Shown: positions 46,151 to 60,108 of the stretch, one piece after another
Layout: each line of letters opens with the position of its first letter
How positions within the stretch are numbered: the first letter of the stretch is position 1
Assembly: GCA_964016885.1 (NCBI GenBank)
Contig: OZ024741.1
Span: 227,850,001-227,914,000, forward strand
Length of the DNA: 64,000 bases
Direction of reading: 5' to 3'
DNA from: Eledone cirrhosa
Taxonomy: Eukaryota
Program-made: the position numbers and the translations under genes
Notes under the pieces: model-generated
Databases searched by the model: none
Seen by the model: only the letters and a program-made list of their open reading frames with translations
Told to the model about the DNA's origin: nothing

Positions 46151-46881
46151 ATCCAACTTTGCTATTTCTTCTTCAGTCCACCTGAGAATAGACGCACTAT
46201 ATCTTACCTCTGCAACTATCTATATCTAAACACTGCCTTGATTAGAAACCATTATTATTGATATTAACTTTGCCTTTCGTCCTTACGGGGTCGATAAAAT
46301 AATTGCTGGCCTTGTGCCAAAAGTAGAAACAATTATTATTGTTGTTGTTAGGGCGGTGGATTGGCAGATTCGGTAGAGCGTCGAACACCCTTCTTCGTGG
46401 CATAGAGTTACGATCCTTTACGTTCTGATTTCAAATCCCGCCGAGATTATCTTTGCCTTTCAACCTTACGGGGTCGATAAAATAATGTTCCAGTCAAGCA
46501 CTGGAGTCGATTTAATCGACTTTCCCTTCCTCAAATTTGCTGGCCTTGTGCCTAAAGTAGAAATTATTATTATTGTTGTTGTTATTATTGTTTTGTGTTT
46601 TCCTCTCCCTTCAGTTTTTTTTTCATTTCTTGCCGAGTGTCTTCCCGACACTGGGCAGAGAAACTCACTGCATACATTGATAAACTACAAAATAAACATC
46701 CCATATTGTTCACGTCACGCACTTTACACAGTTACATGTATATTATTTGTGTTATACATGTTCACATTATTTAAAATCATATTTACAACAGAATGATATT
46801 CAACCATATAAGAGTGCTCGATTATTTACAACTTACATTATCATGGAATGTAATCAAATACAGTTATGTAAAATATCCTTC

Positions 46882-47830
46882 TCAAAGCGATAGTGCTTTT
46901 TTCAATTCGTGTGTCGTACCAGTTAAAACAATTTTTTGCATTTCTTGCAGTAATGATAAGCTAGGGATCATTCTAAAATGATTTTTCTGTTCCTTTTTTT
47001 TCTTTATTATTCCTAGTATAATCACTGGTATTGTGACCACATTGAGATGCCACATATTTTCAATTTCAATGAGCAAATCTTTATATTTTCTGAGCTTATC
47101 AAATTCTTTTGCCGCAATATTCTGATCATATGAGATGCTCATATCAATCAATAAACATACTTTGTTATTTTGGTCTTGCACAATAATATCTGCTCTGTTA
47201 GCTTTGATGGTTCTGTCTGTATGGATAGGAAATTCCCACAGAATCGTTACATTTTCTTGCTCAGTTACAGCCACAGGGTGAAGCTTATACTACTTGTCAT
47301 CAGTTTTTGAGTTTAGAACGCCGACATATTAACCAGTGTAGATATTGGCCAATTCTGTTATACCTTGATTTATATACTATTGGTGCTAAAACTTTACATC
47401 CAAAAATTAAGTGGTCCACTGTTTCAATCTCAACATTGCGGAAACGGCACTTTAGATCTACTCCATTTCTCTTCACAATGGCTTCATTGTTCCGAGTTAA
47501 AAGGCGTTAATCTTAAGCAGCTATGATAAAGCCTTCCCTTTTTGCATTTAGCCCTAAGCTACGTAGCCACTGATGGGTGTGCTTCTGGTCAACATTAGTT
47601 TGTTTTCTACGGGCCACATTTTTTCCATGCAGAGGTTTCTGCTCTCACCTCGATGTTAATTGTTCATGCCCTTTTTCATAGTCATAAATTTTACTTGCTT
47701 TGCAATAAGAGTTGTCACATTTTCCTCGTTCTGTCCAGTAGCAAATATTTTGCTTTCTTTCAAGATCGAATGAATCTTCTTACTCCCCACATGTTTTTCA
47801 AATGTTTCAGCGTCCAGTCGTTTGTTGCTT
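46882..47830 (-). pseudogene. Second R4/Dong-like LINE 3' fragment
   Basis: ILWEFPIHTDRTIKANRADII..CLLIDMSI..KLRKYKDL.IE..MW..IPVI (PD-D-K type nuclease region). Confidence 0.8.
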
Positions 47831-48344
47831 CAAGATATTTGACCAGCCCAAATACAGGGTTGATAAAATAAAGTACCAGTAACGTACTGAGGTCGATTCA
47901 ATCGACTTTCCCCTCTCCTCAAATTACTGGCCTTGTGCCTATAATAGAAATCATTATTATGATTATTAGTTTTATTGCGTGTTGAAAGTACATTACCGAG
48001 CATATATTTCTGTACCTTGGGTATGTGCAGTGTTGTTTTAGGTGCTTTTATTTGTAAAATGTATGCAGTCTCAAATAGTACTATTTTTTGTATGCTGTAT
48101 ATATTATTATTATTTTGCCTTTCATCCTTACAGAGTCGATAAAATAAAGTACCAGTCACGCACTTGGGTCGATTTAATCGACTTCCCCCTCCCCCAAAAT
48201 TGCTGGCCTTGTGCCTATATAAGAAACCATTATTATTATTATTATAATCCGCCGAGGTTAACTTTGCTCGGGGTCGATAAAATAAAGTACCAGTAATGCA
48301 CTGGGTAATTGCTGGCCTTGTGCCAAAAGTAGAAACAATTATTA

Positions 48345-48862
48345 ATCCCATCTTCAGACCTGGATCCCTGGAATGCACAGTGGCATCTGCTCGGTGGTCA
48401 AAATAAATGGTCATCTTTCGAAACCGTTTAAGATGGCGGGATCGGTCCGTCAACTGCTCTCTTTACTCCATCCTGTATGTGTTGACTCTCGAGCCTTCAC
48501 TGCAGAAGCTGGAGCTGTTGCAGGGCATCCCGCTCGAACCGGGACGCAGAAAGGCTGTATCAACATATGCGGGACGATATCAACGTGATGGTGTCGACTT
48601 CGTAAATCGAGGTGGCCGGCACCTTCTTGGAGGAATATGAAAGGTTGACGGGAGCAAAACTAAACCCGGAAAAGTCGGTAGGCTTGCCGCTCGGCACCTG
48701 GAGAGGCAAGTCCAAACCGTCCAACAGCGTCGTCGGGTGCGAGACGGACGGAACCGAAATGTTGCTCAGGGTTTGGTTCAGACCATCCCTCCAGGTGGAT
48801 AAGAATTGGGACGAGGTTACGATCAGGGTAGCTACTCTCACCCAGAAATGGGCCGAGAGGAA
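48345..48862 (+). pseudogene. Tx1/L1-like RT fragment
   Basis: LYVLTLEPSLQKL..VSTYA(DD frameshifted)..YERLTGAKLNPEKSVGLPLGTW. Confidence 0.75.
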
Positions 48863-49785
48863 TGCATGTGTGTGTGTGTGCGTGTGTCTGCGCACGCGCT
48901 TATCAGTTTTTGTGTGTGCTTGTTTTTATGTATAGTGTATGTATGTATTTAGATATATATAATAAAATATCCCATCATTTATTTACAGTAACACCCATTT
49001 ATTTCTCTCTCTCTAATCGATCTACTTAGTTCTGTTGCTGAAAGATTGACAGATTACTGTAAGATTATTATGTAGCATAGTGAAAGAGGGCTTTACGTAT
49101 ATTTCAACTCCCAACTTTTTTCTTTTGTTGTAGTTGTTGGTAATATACGTCCATCTCAGTCGTACATGATTTTTATTTCATAAACATAAGCAGTGGCCAT
49201 CTTTCATTGATGATGAATTAATAAGATAACACACGACGACAACAGTAGCAATAGAACCAACAGCAACAACATCAACAACTGCAACATTAACACCAGCAAC
49301 ATCAACAACAGCATTAGAAACACCATTAGAAACGTAATCTTTACCCTCATTCATACATTATCAATGACCTCTCTGCCGACATCACTACTGAAATAAGTTG
49401 AATGTAGAGAAATGTCGCTCTTCTTTCAGTGAAATTTACGTTGTCGGCTGCCGGTCCACAATATAAACAGAAATGCTCTTTATCTTTCATTTACAGCGAA
49501 GTCTCTAAGAAAGAGTATAGATGCCCTTTGTTGTATAATAATATCTTGAATGTTTGTTGTCTACGAAGTCCAGCCTAGTAACTAGTGTCTGTGTGTTTCG
49601 TTGAGAAGATAGTATGAAAGAAAGAAAGAAAAGAAAGAAAGAAAGAGATTAAGGAGAGAAAAACGGCAAAGAATTTTAAGGGGAAGGGAAGAAATAAAAA
49701 AAATCTCTTGAAATATTTCAAATTCATTCATAATTAGTATTCTCCACCAAAGTATATGACCTCAATAATTTAAGGTGTAGATATA

Positions 49786-49838
<53 letters not shown>

Positions 49839-49948
49839 TGTCCCCCGGTATTCGCGGGTGTTACGTTCCTAGAGCATCCGCAAAGATGTAAAAAAAACGC
49901 GAATATTGGACGTGGTCCATAAAAATGCCTATAAACGTCAAAATATAA

Positions 49949-50939
49949 TCTGTATATATATAAAATTAAGTATGTGTGTGTGTCTGTGTATTACCTATAG
50001 GGGCCTACATCTTACGACCGATATTCATGAAACTTTACAAGCTCATAGATTAGTCACCGGGGAGTGTTTTCTATATATCAGGGTATCGTTTTTTTTTTTA
50101 TTCCGGAGTCATTCTGCAGATAAAAATCGATAGGGGACACCTTTTTTTAGGTATCGAAAAATAAGATTTTTGGCACTAGCTCCCACATTTTGCCACCGAT
50201 TTCGTTCAAATTTTAAGGCAAAATAGAATTTATCATTGCACATCCTGTAATGGCTTTATATTTTGCATTTGTTGTTCATAGACGGCGTGGCAGTCGCTTA
50301 AATATTCAAAAATACCAGTTTTAGACTCAAAACACCACTTTTTCGGCTCTAGATCCCACATTAATCAACCTACTTTGTTCAAATTTTACTCTACGCTAGA
50401 TCTTATTATTTCACGTTTTGGATTTTTTGTTCAGGAACAGCGTGGCAGCCGCTTAAATATTCGAAAATACCACCTTTTCGCTCAAATTTCCGCCTTTTCG
50501 GCTCTAGCTCCCACATTTTTCAACCGATTTCGTTCAAATCAAATCTTCGACTCTACCTCACACATAAATCAATTTATTTGGTTCAACTTTCATACTACGA
50601 TAGAACCTATCATTGCACATATTATAAATGGTCAAAGGCAAAACGATGGCCATTGATGTCGTCTGAGCTTTTAGTTGTGTATTTGAGAATTCATCGGTTT
50701 CTAATCAAGTAGCGTGAGGAAATTTGGTTTAGTGTTAGAGGTCATTACCTCCCTCCCCAAACGCATGCCCCATCGTCAGTCACCCACGTTTCTTAGTGAT
50801 AGAGGCCATCACCACCCTCCCCCGCATGGCCTGTGTGTGGCCATAGATGAGTCATCGAGAAGCAGTCGGTAAGATCAACACCTTTTCATCAAAGCAGATA
50901 TTATTTTACCTACCCAGGCAACGGTGAGTACTGCTGCTA

Positions 50940-50940
<1 letters not shown>
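49949..50940 (+). mobile_element. Non-autonomous Helitron
   Basis: 5' TCTGTATATATATAAAA after an A; 3' degenerate hairpin ACCCAGGCAACGGTGAGT followed by CTAG and then T. Internal repeats of TTTTCGGCTCTAG.TCCCACATT. Confidence 0.65.
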
Positions 50941-50973
<33 letters not shown>

Positions 50974-51050
50974 GAAACGTCAACGAGGAGAAACAACAAT
51001 AAGATTCAATGATGATATATATTATTTTAACGCTTGATATAGTAGGGAGT

Positions 51051-51085
51051 TTTAACGTTTCGGACAACACTCCTTCATCAGAAGA
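51051..51085 (-). ncRNA. Minimal PLE-type hammerhead core
   Basis: Minus strand: TT-CTGATGA-a-GGA-gtgttg-TCC-GAAAC-GTT-AA. Confidence 0.6.
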
Positions 51086-51676
51086 TAAATTGGGGGATAG
51101 AAGAAATAGAAGGGTAGAGGATGTAAGAAAAGAAAGAAGCTAAAACTTTTTTTTATTGGGGAAAAGCATGTTTTGTTTAGTCATTCATTTTGAACAAGTG
51201 CATAAATTGTGACTTACATTACTTAGAGAGAGCTTTAATAAATGAGTTGTGTGTGTACATGTGTGTATGTGAGTATGAGTGTGTGTGTGTGTGTATGCGT
51301 GTGGGAGTGTGTATGTGTGTGTGTGAGAGTGTGTGTGTATGTGTGTGTGTATGTTTCTGCGCTGAATCATGTGTGTTGTGGGACTGATGGTCCCACTTAG
51401 GGAGGATATGCAGGTGTTATGATGAATGGGAAGGTTATATGCACAGAGTTATATGGTTGTGTTGAGTGGTATATTAGGGTGTTGCGTGAGTGGATATGTA
51501 TATGATCAGTAGAGGTGTATGTGTATATGTGTGTGTGAGTGAGTGAGTGTGTGTGTGTGTGTGTGCGCGAGTGAGTGAATGAGTGAGTGAGTGTGTGTGT
51601 CTGTGTGTCTGTGTGTGTGTGTGTGTGTGTGAGTGAATGAGTGAGTGAGTGAGTGAGTGAGTGAGTGAGTGAGTGA

Positions 51677-51780
<104 letters not shown>

Positions 51781-51894
51781 ATAACATAAATAGCGGTTAG
51801 AAAAACTGGAGAGGAGAACTAAGACTGTTGTGTATATATATATCACCATCATCATCATCACCATTTAGCATCCATTTTTCCATGCTTGCAGAGG

Positions 51895-51932
<38 letters not shown>

Positions 51933-52093
51933 TATATAATATATAATATATATATATATATATATAATATATATAATATATATATATATAATATATATAT
52001 ATAATATATATATATATATATAATATATATATATAATATATATATATATAATATATATATGTACATATATATATTTAATATATATATGTACAT

Positions 52094-52137
<44 letters not shown>

Positions 52138-52271
52138 GTATATATGTACATATATATATGTGTGTGTGTATATATATATATGTGTGTGTGCGTGTGTGTA
52201 GAGTACTCAATACTTGGGGTAGTAGGGTGGATTATATGAAAACATCTGGACCCTATTTCAACAGCTAGATC

Positions 52272-52376
<105 letters not shown>

Positions 52377-52572
52377 CAAATAAAATACAGAGTTACTAAC
52401 TCATATTGATACCCTGCAATTAATAACCTCAAAGTATAAATACTGGGCATTATATAACTAGGTGAGCTTATAAGTTGGGTGTATTAAGGCTATTATTTTT
52501 AGCATATGCACTCACGTCCAACGCACGAGGTGAGATATTCATTCGTGTGGCTTTTAGTTGTATGTGTTTGTT

Positions 52573-52680
52573 CTATTTTATCTTATCTCTCGCTGAGGAA
52601 AGCCTACGGATTATCTGTTACAAACACAATTTTGAGGACGAAACAGATTACATCTCTAATCTGTTCGAGAGATGAAATAG
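52573..52680 (+). ncRNA. Type I hammerhead with full stem III
   Basis: ATCTCTCG-CTGAGGA-(40-nt domain II)-GAAA-CAGATTA-catctc-TAATCTG-TT-CGAGAGAT; perfect 8-bp stem I and 7-bp stem III. Confidence 0.75.
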
Positions 52681-52791
52681 TTATTGAGACGGTCTGTATA
52701 TATATTCTATATCTTCCGTTTGCTTCAGGTCAAACCAATGTGGTATTTCAACCCTCGTAATTTTAGACACACAATTTACTGTGTTTATTTC

Positions 52792-52837
<46 letters not shown>

Positions 52838-53034
52838 ATAGATTTTCACTGCTACTGTATAACAACAATGCTGGTAGCCTGCTGGTATATGCATTAGGGA
52901 ATTGAATTAAGAAATATCATTTTATCTATAGCAGTTTATATTAAATGGTAAAGAATAGAAGAGTTGATAGAATTAAGACTAATAGAGAATGTTAATATGT
53001 ATTTTGACAATCAAACGGTGATGGAGACAGGCGT

Positions 53035-54625
53035 TCAATCCTGGTAGTGTTTGTAATATGGAAATGTAGATTTCAAGCGATGGTTACAGTATAACGATCG
53101 CTCTATTCTGTTATTTAATAAAATATTTTTGGATTTCATAATACAAAATAATTCCATATTACACAATTTACAAAATTCCTGTCCGTGGATAATGGAGGGG
53201 TATGAGCTATTATATCCCATTTTAGGTTAAATTGTTGGTTATTTTCGCGCAGCTGCCAAGCCTTGTCTGCGAGTGTTGTTACATAACGCTGGTTTTCATG
53301 TTTTATCGAGTAACGATGTCTATAAAGGCGAGATTTGAAGGAGGTAGCTGTAGACCCCACATAGTACCACTTCTGGCTACCCGATTCGATAGTACATTTG
53401 TATATGATGTTGCGTTCAAGACACTGATTGTTCAACGGACACATTCCTGGTTGGACAGTTACAGTTATAATTTTGTGTTGTTGTATTGGCATGGATGGGT
53501 TGATGAGGTTGCTTAGGTAGGACGGGATGTTGTTTTATTGTTTCGTGATGTTATAGCCGATGTTTTACGTGTATTGTTATGTGTTGGAAGGCGTTTATAC
53601 AACCGTTTTGCGTTAAGCTTTTTTATATGTTGTTCAATATTAGGGGCGGTTGAATATGAAAGTCGAATAGTGTTAGGGTTTAAGATTTTATTATATTTAT
53701 GTGAGGTTGGAAAATGTTTTTTAACTAATCGAAAGAATTGTGAGGGTAGATTGGTTTTAATAGAGTTGTAATAGACCGGGTTGTACCATATATACTCTTT
53801 ACATCGCCTTCTGTTTGGTGGTGTGCGACTATTAGTGTGTCTATTGCGGTAGTGTATGTATGGTGGTGATTCTATGCTATTTCTACTTCTATGAGATTTA
53901 TTTTGGGTGCTTTGGTGATCGTCGACTATATACTCTATATTTTCTAGGTGTCCAGCCTTCCTAAGTGCATCATCATAATATTCGGCATGTTCTTTGAAGG
54001 TTTGCTGGTTGGACGACAGGCGGGAGATTCTAAGGGAAATATTTCTAGGGATGGATTTAATTATAGAGGGTGGATGGTTAGAACCCGTATTTACATATTT
54101 AAGGTTCTCATTTAGTTTATGGAACGGTTTAATCGTTTCTGTATTGAGATTCAAAGTAACATCAAGGAAATTAACCTCTTTGAGGTTATATTCAAACGTA
54201 ATATTTAATCCTAGTTCCTTAAAAAGTTTTCTAATATTTTTACCCATCCTTTCTAAATTCTGGTTATTCATATGCTTAACTAATAAGAGCGCATCGTCAC
54301 GGTAGATTCCACCGTGGAGATCTTTGAATTTTCCTTGTAGTCTGTGGGTGATATAAATTCCCACAAGATCAGTTACTTCCGCCGAATCATTGGAACCCAT
54401 AGTTATATCAAAATTAGAAGGTCTATCTTTGCGAACCCAGTAGCTATCATCACATTTAATAATAGTTTTCCTCGCTTCCATAATAATACTAATTTCATCA
54501 TCCGCAAGGTCGGAGTTAGCCTTGGCGAACGAAAGGGCTTCATGCAGAGTATCAGGTGAGATTGTGCTTTCGTGAAATAAATAAGGTTGTTTATATTATG
54601 TTTTTGTTTATGCAAAAATATCTGA
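53035..54625 (-). pseudogene. Nematis-type PLE RT + GIY-YIG, frameshifted and 5'-truncated
   Basis: FDITMGSNDSAEVTDLVG, GIYRDDAL, VNFLDVTL, SNHPP, IWYNP, CPLNNQC..NIIYKC..YVGST..FKSRLYRH, CKLC. Confidence 0.88.
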
Positions 54626-54636
54626 ACACGAATATA

Positions 54637-54684
<48 letters not shown>

Positions 54685-54685
<1 letters not shown>

Positions 54686-54887
54686 TAAAATAACAGATTA
54701 AAGTTTAAGTAAAGAATCGCTGCTTTCACCCTTAACGGGATCTTCTGAAACTAAAAAAATCAATCTGTGAACGCAGAAGTAAATATTTCGAAAAACGTTG
54801 CAACCGAAGGAAATCAGGAAGATGATACTTTGGTTCATGAAGACGTTCCCTGGCAATGAACGGAAAATAGCGAAGATAATACGTTAG
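54685..54887 (-). mobile_element. Solo 3' end of the 57349-59660 PLE family with a hammerhead-like motif at 54702-54752; further copies at 60138-60300 and 60935-61151
   Basis: Reverse complement of ~59450-59650. Confidence 0.8.
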
Positions 54888-55185
54888 CAATGAGAACAAT
54901 TTTTATCATAATGTCGTTATGCAGACAGCCAGACATACAGACAGATATTATAAGGGCGCAACGTTATAGCCGTGCATCTATCTAAAAAGACAGACTAAGA
55001 AAGCGAGATCGATAACCGGCGCCTAACACCACTTTAACAACAGAAAATTGAAAAATAAAAGCTGCTGTTAATATCTTTAGACCGCAAGGAATATATAAAT
55101 GCAAGTTTGAAGTCAATCGGAGTAGAAATGTGGATTTGTATAAAGTTTGCAAAAATTAGGACACACACACACACACAGACAATTT

Positions 55186-55276
<91 letters not shown>

Positions 55277-55297
55277 TATATATACACACACACACAC

Positions 55298-55376
<79 letters not shown>

Positions 55377-55426
55377 TAATAAAACAATGAATAAACAAAG
55401 AAACAGTTCCTTATATTAAAAAAATT

Positions 55427-55566
55427 CATCATTTTACGATCGTTTCTAGGATATATATGTGTTAGAGTTGGTATGCATATTCTATAGATCTATGTACAAT
55501 ATTTATACAAACTATCAGAGGGAATATACATACCTACACATATATATGCTGTCTTCAGAAATAATG
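55427..55566 (-). ncRNA. Type I hammerhead with ~105-nt domain II
   Basis: Minus strand: CATTATTT-CTGAAGA-..ATATATATGTGT...ACACATATATAT..-GAAAC-GATC-GTA-AAATGATG. Confidence 0.68.
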
Positions 55567-56123
55567 ATATTTGTTTATTGAAAAAAACAAAGATTCAATA
55601 CAATAGGTCTGTTTGGGAACAGGTTTTGAATTGACCAATAGAGAGATAGTGAGGGTCAGGATAGTAATATAGTAGTAGAAGAACCTTAAATTATGGGTAG
55701 AGGAAGGTAGATTTCAGTTTTGGATGGAAAAGAATATTATGAATGAAGGATTATTTTAGGGAAGAAATAGGTCTTATGCTGACCTCAGAAATAATTTTAT
55801 TTGTTCATTGAATAAAACCGACAAAGATCTAATATATTCTGTCTGTATGGTAAGAGGTTTAGAATTAACCAATAGAAAGTTAATAATTGGCCAAATGGTA
55901 AAATAGTAGTAATTGAAGCTTATTTTAGGGGTGAAAATAGGTCAGGTGGTCAGTAAAAGGTATACAAGCAGTTGCTGTTATAAAATAATTATCTTGACTC
56001 TGTTTTCCGTTTATTTTTCAGCGAAAGTAGTTTTTGAATGCATCTTCTCTTTTCATGATATCCGGATTACATTGAGTTTTTCATACGGTTTGGACACTAC
56101 CGTAAACTTTTGGTAGATTTATC

Positions 56124-56202
<79 letters not shown>

Positions 56203-56550
56203 TATATATACATATATACACACACACAGATAGCGAAGTCAATGTACAGAATGGTTTACATAATGCAGACAGCCAGACATACAGATACTCATTATAAGGG
56301 CGCGACGTTGTAGCTATGTATCTATCAAAAGAGAAAGAGGAATGTCGTATAACCGGAAGTATTGACATTTGAAAATTTTAAAGAAGTGAATATTTAAATA
56401 ATATCTTTAATTTTTTAATAAAATTTAGTAGACAAATATACCCTCACTTTCTTACTTGGAAAAAATCTATGTTGCAAATTTGGTACCGTTTGGTTCAGCT
56501 GGTTGGCTAAAAGTTTGTTACATACATACGGCCGTCAGCTTTATTAGTAT

Positions 56551-57125
56551 ACTAGCTGAGGTATCCAGCTTCGCCAAGGTTAACAAATGATAAGAGAAGA
56601 CGGGTAGAAGAGAAAACGTCTGTATTGAATGCATTGTCTTGTTTACAGTGTGTGTGTATTGTGTGTGTGTGTGTGTTTGTGTGTGTTTGTGTGTATATAT
56701 GTGTGTGAGTGTTCGTGTTCGTGTGTATATATGTGTGTGTGTGCCTGTGTGAGTGTTCATGTGTGTGTGTGTAAGCCACCGTTGGAATCGGAGACAGGCC
56801 ACGAAACAGGATCATCACTGATAACGAACTCGCAGAGAGAATCCCTTCTGCTTGATTCCCAAACTGCTAGAAATAGCTGTCAGGTTGGTTAGCATACGTG
56901 GCATGTTTTTCTTCTTTGGTAATTAGTATCAATAAACTTTCCTAGATATACTCTTATCCTAATCCTGTACATACTTTCCGATTGTCACTTTTCGTTTTAT
57001 TTCGTGTGATACGCGAAGGAACTAACCAACAAACAATTAACCATGGTTTTCCCAGATGAAGGCCAGCCACTTTTAGGGTTTGAACCTGAGCTTTGTTGAT
57101 GGTAATCGCGAAGCTTAGTCTCTGT
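56551..57125 (-). mobile_element. Helitron 3' remnant with a Pif1-helicase C-terminal fragment
   Basis: RLSFAITINKAQVQTLKVAGLHL (Pif1 motif AxTIxKxQG) at ~57050-57125; the minus strand ends in CTAG at ~56552 after a GC-rich degenerate hairpin. Confidence 0.7.
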
Positions 57126-57316
57126 TGCTCTAGTAACATTTTTTCTTCTTGAAAATCTGATCTTGCGGCTAGGCTACGACTTTTTGGGTGGCATATCGGC
57201 AGTAACAATGACGATGAGCCGTCTGTGCCTTCGTGAAATATATACGTTTGTTTATATTTTGTTTTTGTGTATGCAAAACTATCTGTACACGAATACATAA
57301 TTATATATATATATAC

Positions 57317-57352
<36 letters not shown>

Positions 57353-57410
57353 ATAATAATAAATTTGAAGACTAAAATCAAAAGAGGGCTCGATAAGGAT
57401 AAATATATAT

Positions 57411-58517
57411 CGCGGTGGTTTGTACCGTAATGACGGTCTTTTGACCTTGACAAAGTGCGGCCCACATGCTTGCGACAGGTTCACAAAAGAACTCACAGCC
57501 TTCTTTAAAGGCTTCAACCTCTCCATACAGGTTGAGGCCAACCTCTCGGTCGTTAATTACCTCGACGTTACCCTCGATTTGTCAAATGGCTTGCACTACC
57601 CGTATAGAAAGCCGAATGATACGCTTAATTACATAAGTAAGCATTCTAACCATCCTGCCAGCATAACCAAGAACCTGGTAAGAAACGTTTCTTTGAGGCT
57701 TTCCCGTCTACTTACAAACGAGCATATTTTCAACGACCATTCCACATATTACAATGAAGCTCTTGCTCGGAGTGGATTTGTCGATAAGGTAGCTTATAAA
57801 GAGTACGAGAATAGACCTAGGAAAAATAGATCCCGACGCATTATATGGTATAACCTACCATATAATATGGAGGTGGCCACACCTTTAGCTAATATCTTTC
57901 TCTCCCTTATTATGAAGCATTTCCCCCCAGCACATAAATATAGTAAAGTTTTTAATAGAAATACCATTAAAATGTTTTACTCTATGACTCCTAACCTTGC
58001 ACATAACATCACAGCTTCAAATTTAGCTAAATTACCTAGCCGTAGGAACACGTGCAACCCTGTAGCTAGTACTAACTGTAATTGTAGGAATCGGGTTGAC
58101 TGCCCCCTATCCGGGAAATGCCTCTCTAGTAACATTGTCTACAAATGTAAGGTTGAAACACCCACGTCCCGTAGGGCCTACATAGGGTTAACCGCCAATA
58201 GATACAAGCAGCGTATTTACATGCATACCCATTATCTTCTTAACCCTTTAAGAAGGAATATGACGTCACTTTCAGCTTATATCTGGAGTCTAAAAGACAA
58301 CCAAACCCAATATAAGTTAAACTGGGAGATCCTAGCTAAAGCTAGATCGTATAACGGGAATAAAAGACCATGTGACCTCTGCGCCGCTGAGGCCCTGGAA
58401 ATACTCTACGCCAAAGACCTCATCTTAAACAAAAAATCTGAGGCAATTTCGGCTTGTAAATATAAATTACACAAAACTTTCCTATATTACAGCCCCACAT
58501 TATACCCTTACGGATAG
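57411..58517 (+). pseudogene. Nematis-type PLE RT (3' half) + GIY-YIG
   Basis: GGLYRNDGL (catalytic DD mutated to ND), VNYLDVTLDL, YRKPND, SNHP, IIWYN, CNCRNRVDCPLSGKC..NIVYKC..YIGLT..KQRIYMH, CDLC..E. Confidence 0.88.
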
Positions 58518-58899
58518 TACGAACTATACGCGGATATTTTACGTCTTGATGTGGTAGCTAAGTATATGTTATGTTATTACGATTACTTATTCGTATAGGT
58601 AAGTATATATTACCTGTATGTTTTGTGAAGGTACGTATATTTTCTCGTACGTATATTTGCTTGTATATGTTATTGGCGTATATACTATATATACTGGTAC
58701 ATGTGCATTTGGTTATGTGTATAGGTGAGTTTTACGTCTGTGTGGGTATGCGGATTCGTACGTATGTAGGGTGTGTGCATATGTGTACTTTGTGTTTTGG
58801 TTGACGTAGTCCGCGAACATGTGTCTTTACATGTGGGTGCGCGCGCGTTGTATACGTATTTATGTGTGTATATTTATATACGTTTTTTTAATTATATAT

Positions 58900-58930
<31 letters not shown>

Positions 58931-59583
58931 TGTGTATATATATATATATATGTCTTTATTTATTTATTTATTTTTATGTGTATTTGGTGTATACGTTCGT
59001 ATGTGTGCGGTACAGGCGTTGCGTGGGTTCTGTATATGTGTGTGTGTGTTTTCTTTTTTTTTGTGTACGTGCCTGTATTTGCATACCCATGGGAGTGGTT
59101 TCGCGTATGCTTGTGTATGTACGTATATGGATGTGTGTATAAATATATATATTTAATTTCAATTACCTTTGTATTTTATTTACTTTATTCTTAACTCTGA
59201 AATCGAGATTCATTCGGTTTCCTGAATAGAATTTTAGTCTACGACTTCAGTTATACCGTTTACGTGGTTTTGTCTTTGCGTATAATTGTTCTCCACGCTA
59301 CATATAATGACGTATTATCTTCGTTTTTTTTCGTTCATTGTCAGAGAACGTCTCCATGAACCACCTAACAGAATATTAGTCCACGAGTTCATTTATACCA
59401 TACACGTGGTTTTGTCTTCGCGTGTAATTGTTTTCACTGCACCAAATAATGACGTATTATCTTCGTTTTTTTTCGTTCTTTGCCAGGGAACGTTTCCACG
59501 AACCAAAGTATCGTCTTCCTGTCTTCCTTCGGTTGCAACGTTTTTTGAAATATTTACTTCTGCGTTCACAGATTGACTTTTTT

Positions 59584-59634
59584 AGTTTCAGAAGATCCCG
59601 TTAAGGGTGAAAGCAGCGATTCTTTGCTTAAACT
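59584..59634 (+). ncRNA. Hammerhead-like motif with variant core CAGAAGA
   Basis: AGTTT-CAGAAGA-tCCC-gttaa-GGGt-GAAA-GCA-gcgattctt-TGC-TT-AAACT; all three stems pair. Confidence 0.62.
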
Positions 59635-59660
59635 TTAATCTGTTATTTTAATAAATATAT

Positions 59661-60108
59661 ATATAAGTATGTATACGTACATACATATATGTATACAGAC
59701 GTACAGTCGTACGTATATATATATACATACATGCACACATATATATATGTACGTATGGATTCACCGAACATTTATTATAATGCTCTGTGTGTTTGTAAAC
59801 AAATATCCCGAATTAAGCCGTACAGTGTCTAGCAACCATCGTTGCTCATTTGTTCAACACTGACAAAGGAACGCTGTACTAGTTTCGGCTTAATTCGGGA
59901 TGTTTGTTTACAAACACACCGAGCATTATAATAAATGTTCGGTGAATCCATACGTACATATATATATGTGTGTGCATGTATGTATATATATATATACATA
60001 CTACTGTACATCTCTATACATATATGTATGTACGTATACAAACTTATATTTAAGTAACAGCCGTACTAAGAGTGAGAAATGAAAGTTCGTTTCATTTTTT
60101 CCGTTTAT
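59661..60108. mobile_element. Inverted partial copy of the 40593-41256 family
   Basis: Left piece 59661-59886 and oppositely oriented right piece 59886-60108 carrying the 56-nt tail. Confidence 0.8.

Larger units (their letters stand above)
57349..59660 (+). mobile_element. Nematis-type PLE, 5'-truncated, with a short inverted tail piece at the 5' end
   Basis: ORF remnant, then a TG/TA-rich 3' UTR, a ~141-bp tandem duplication (59236-59505) and a hammerhead-like motif. 57349-57409 matches the tail seen at 60935-60995. Confidence 0.85.
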
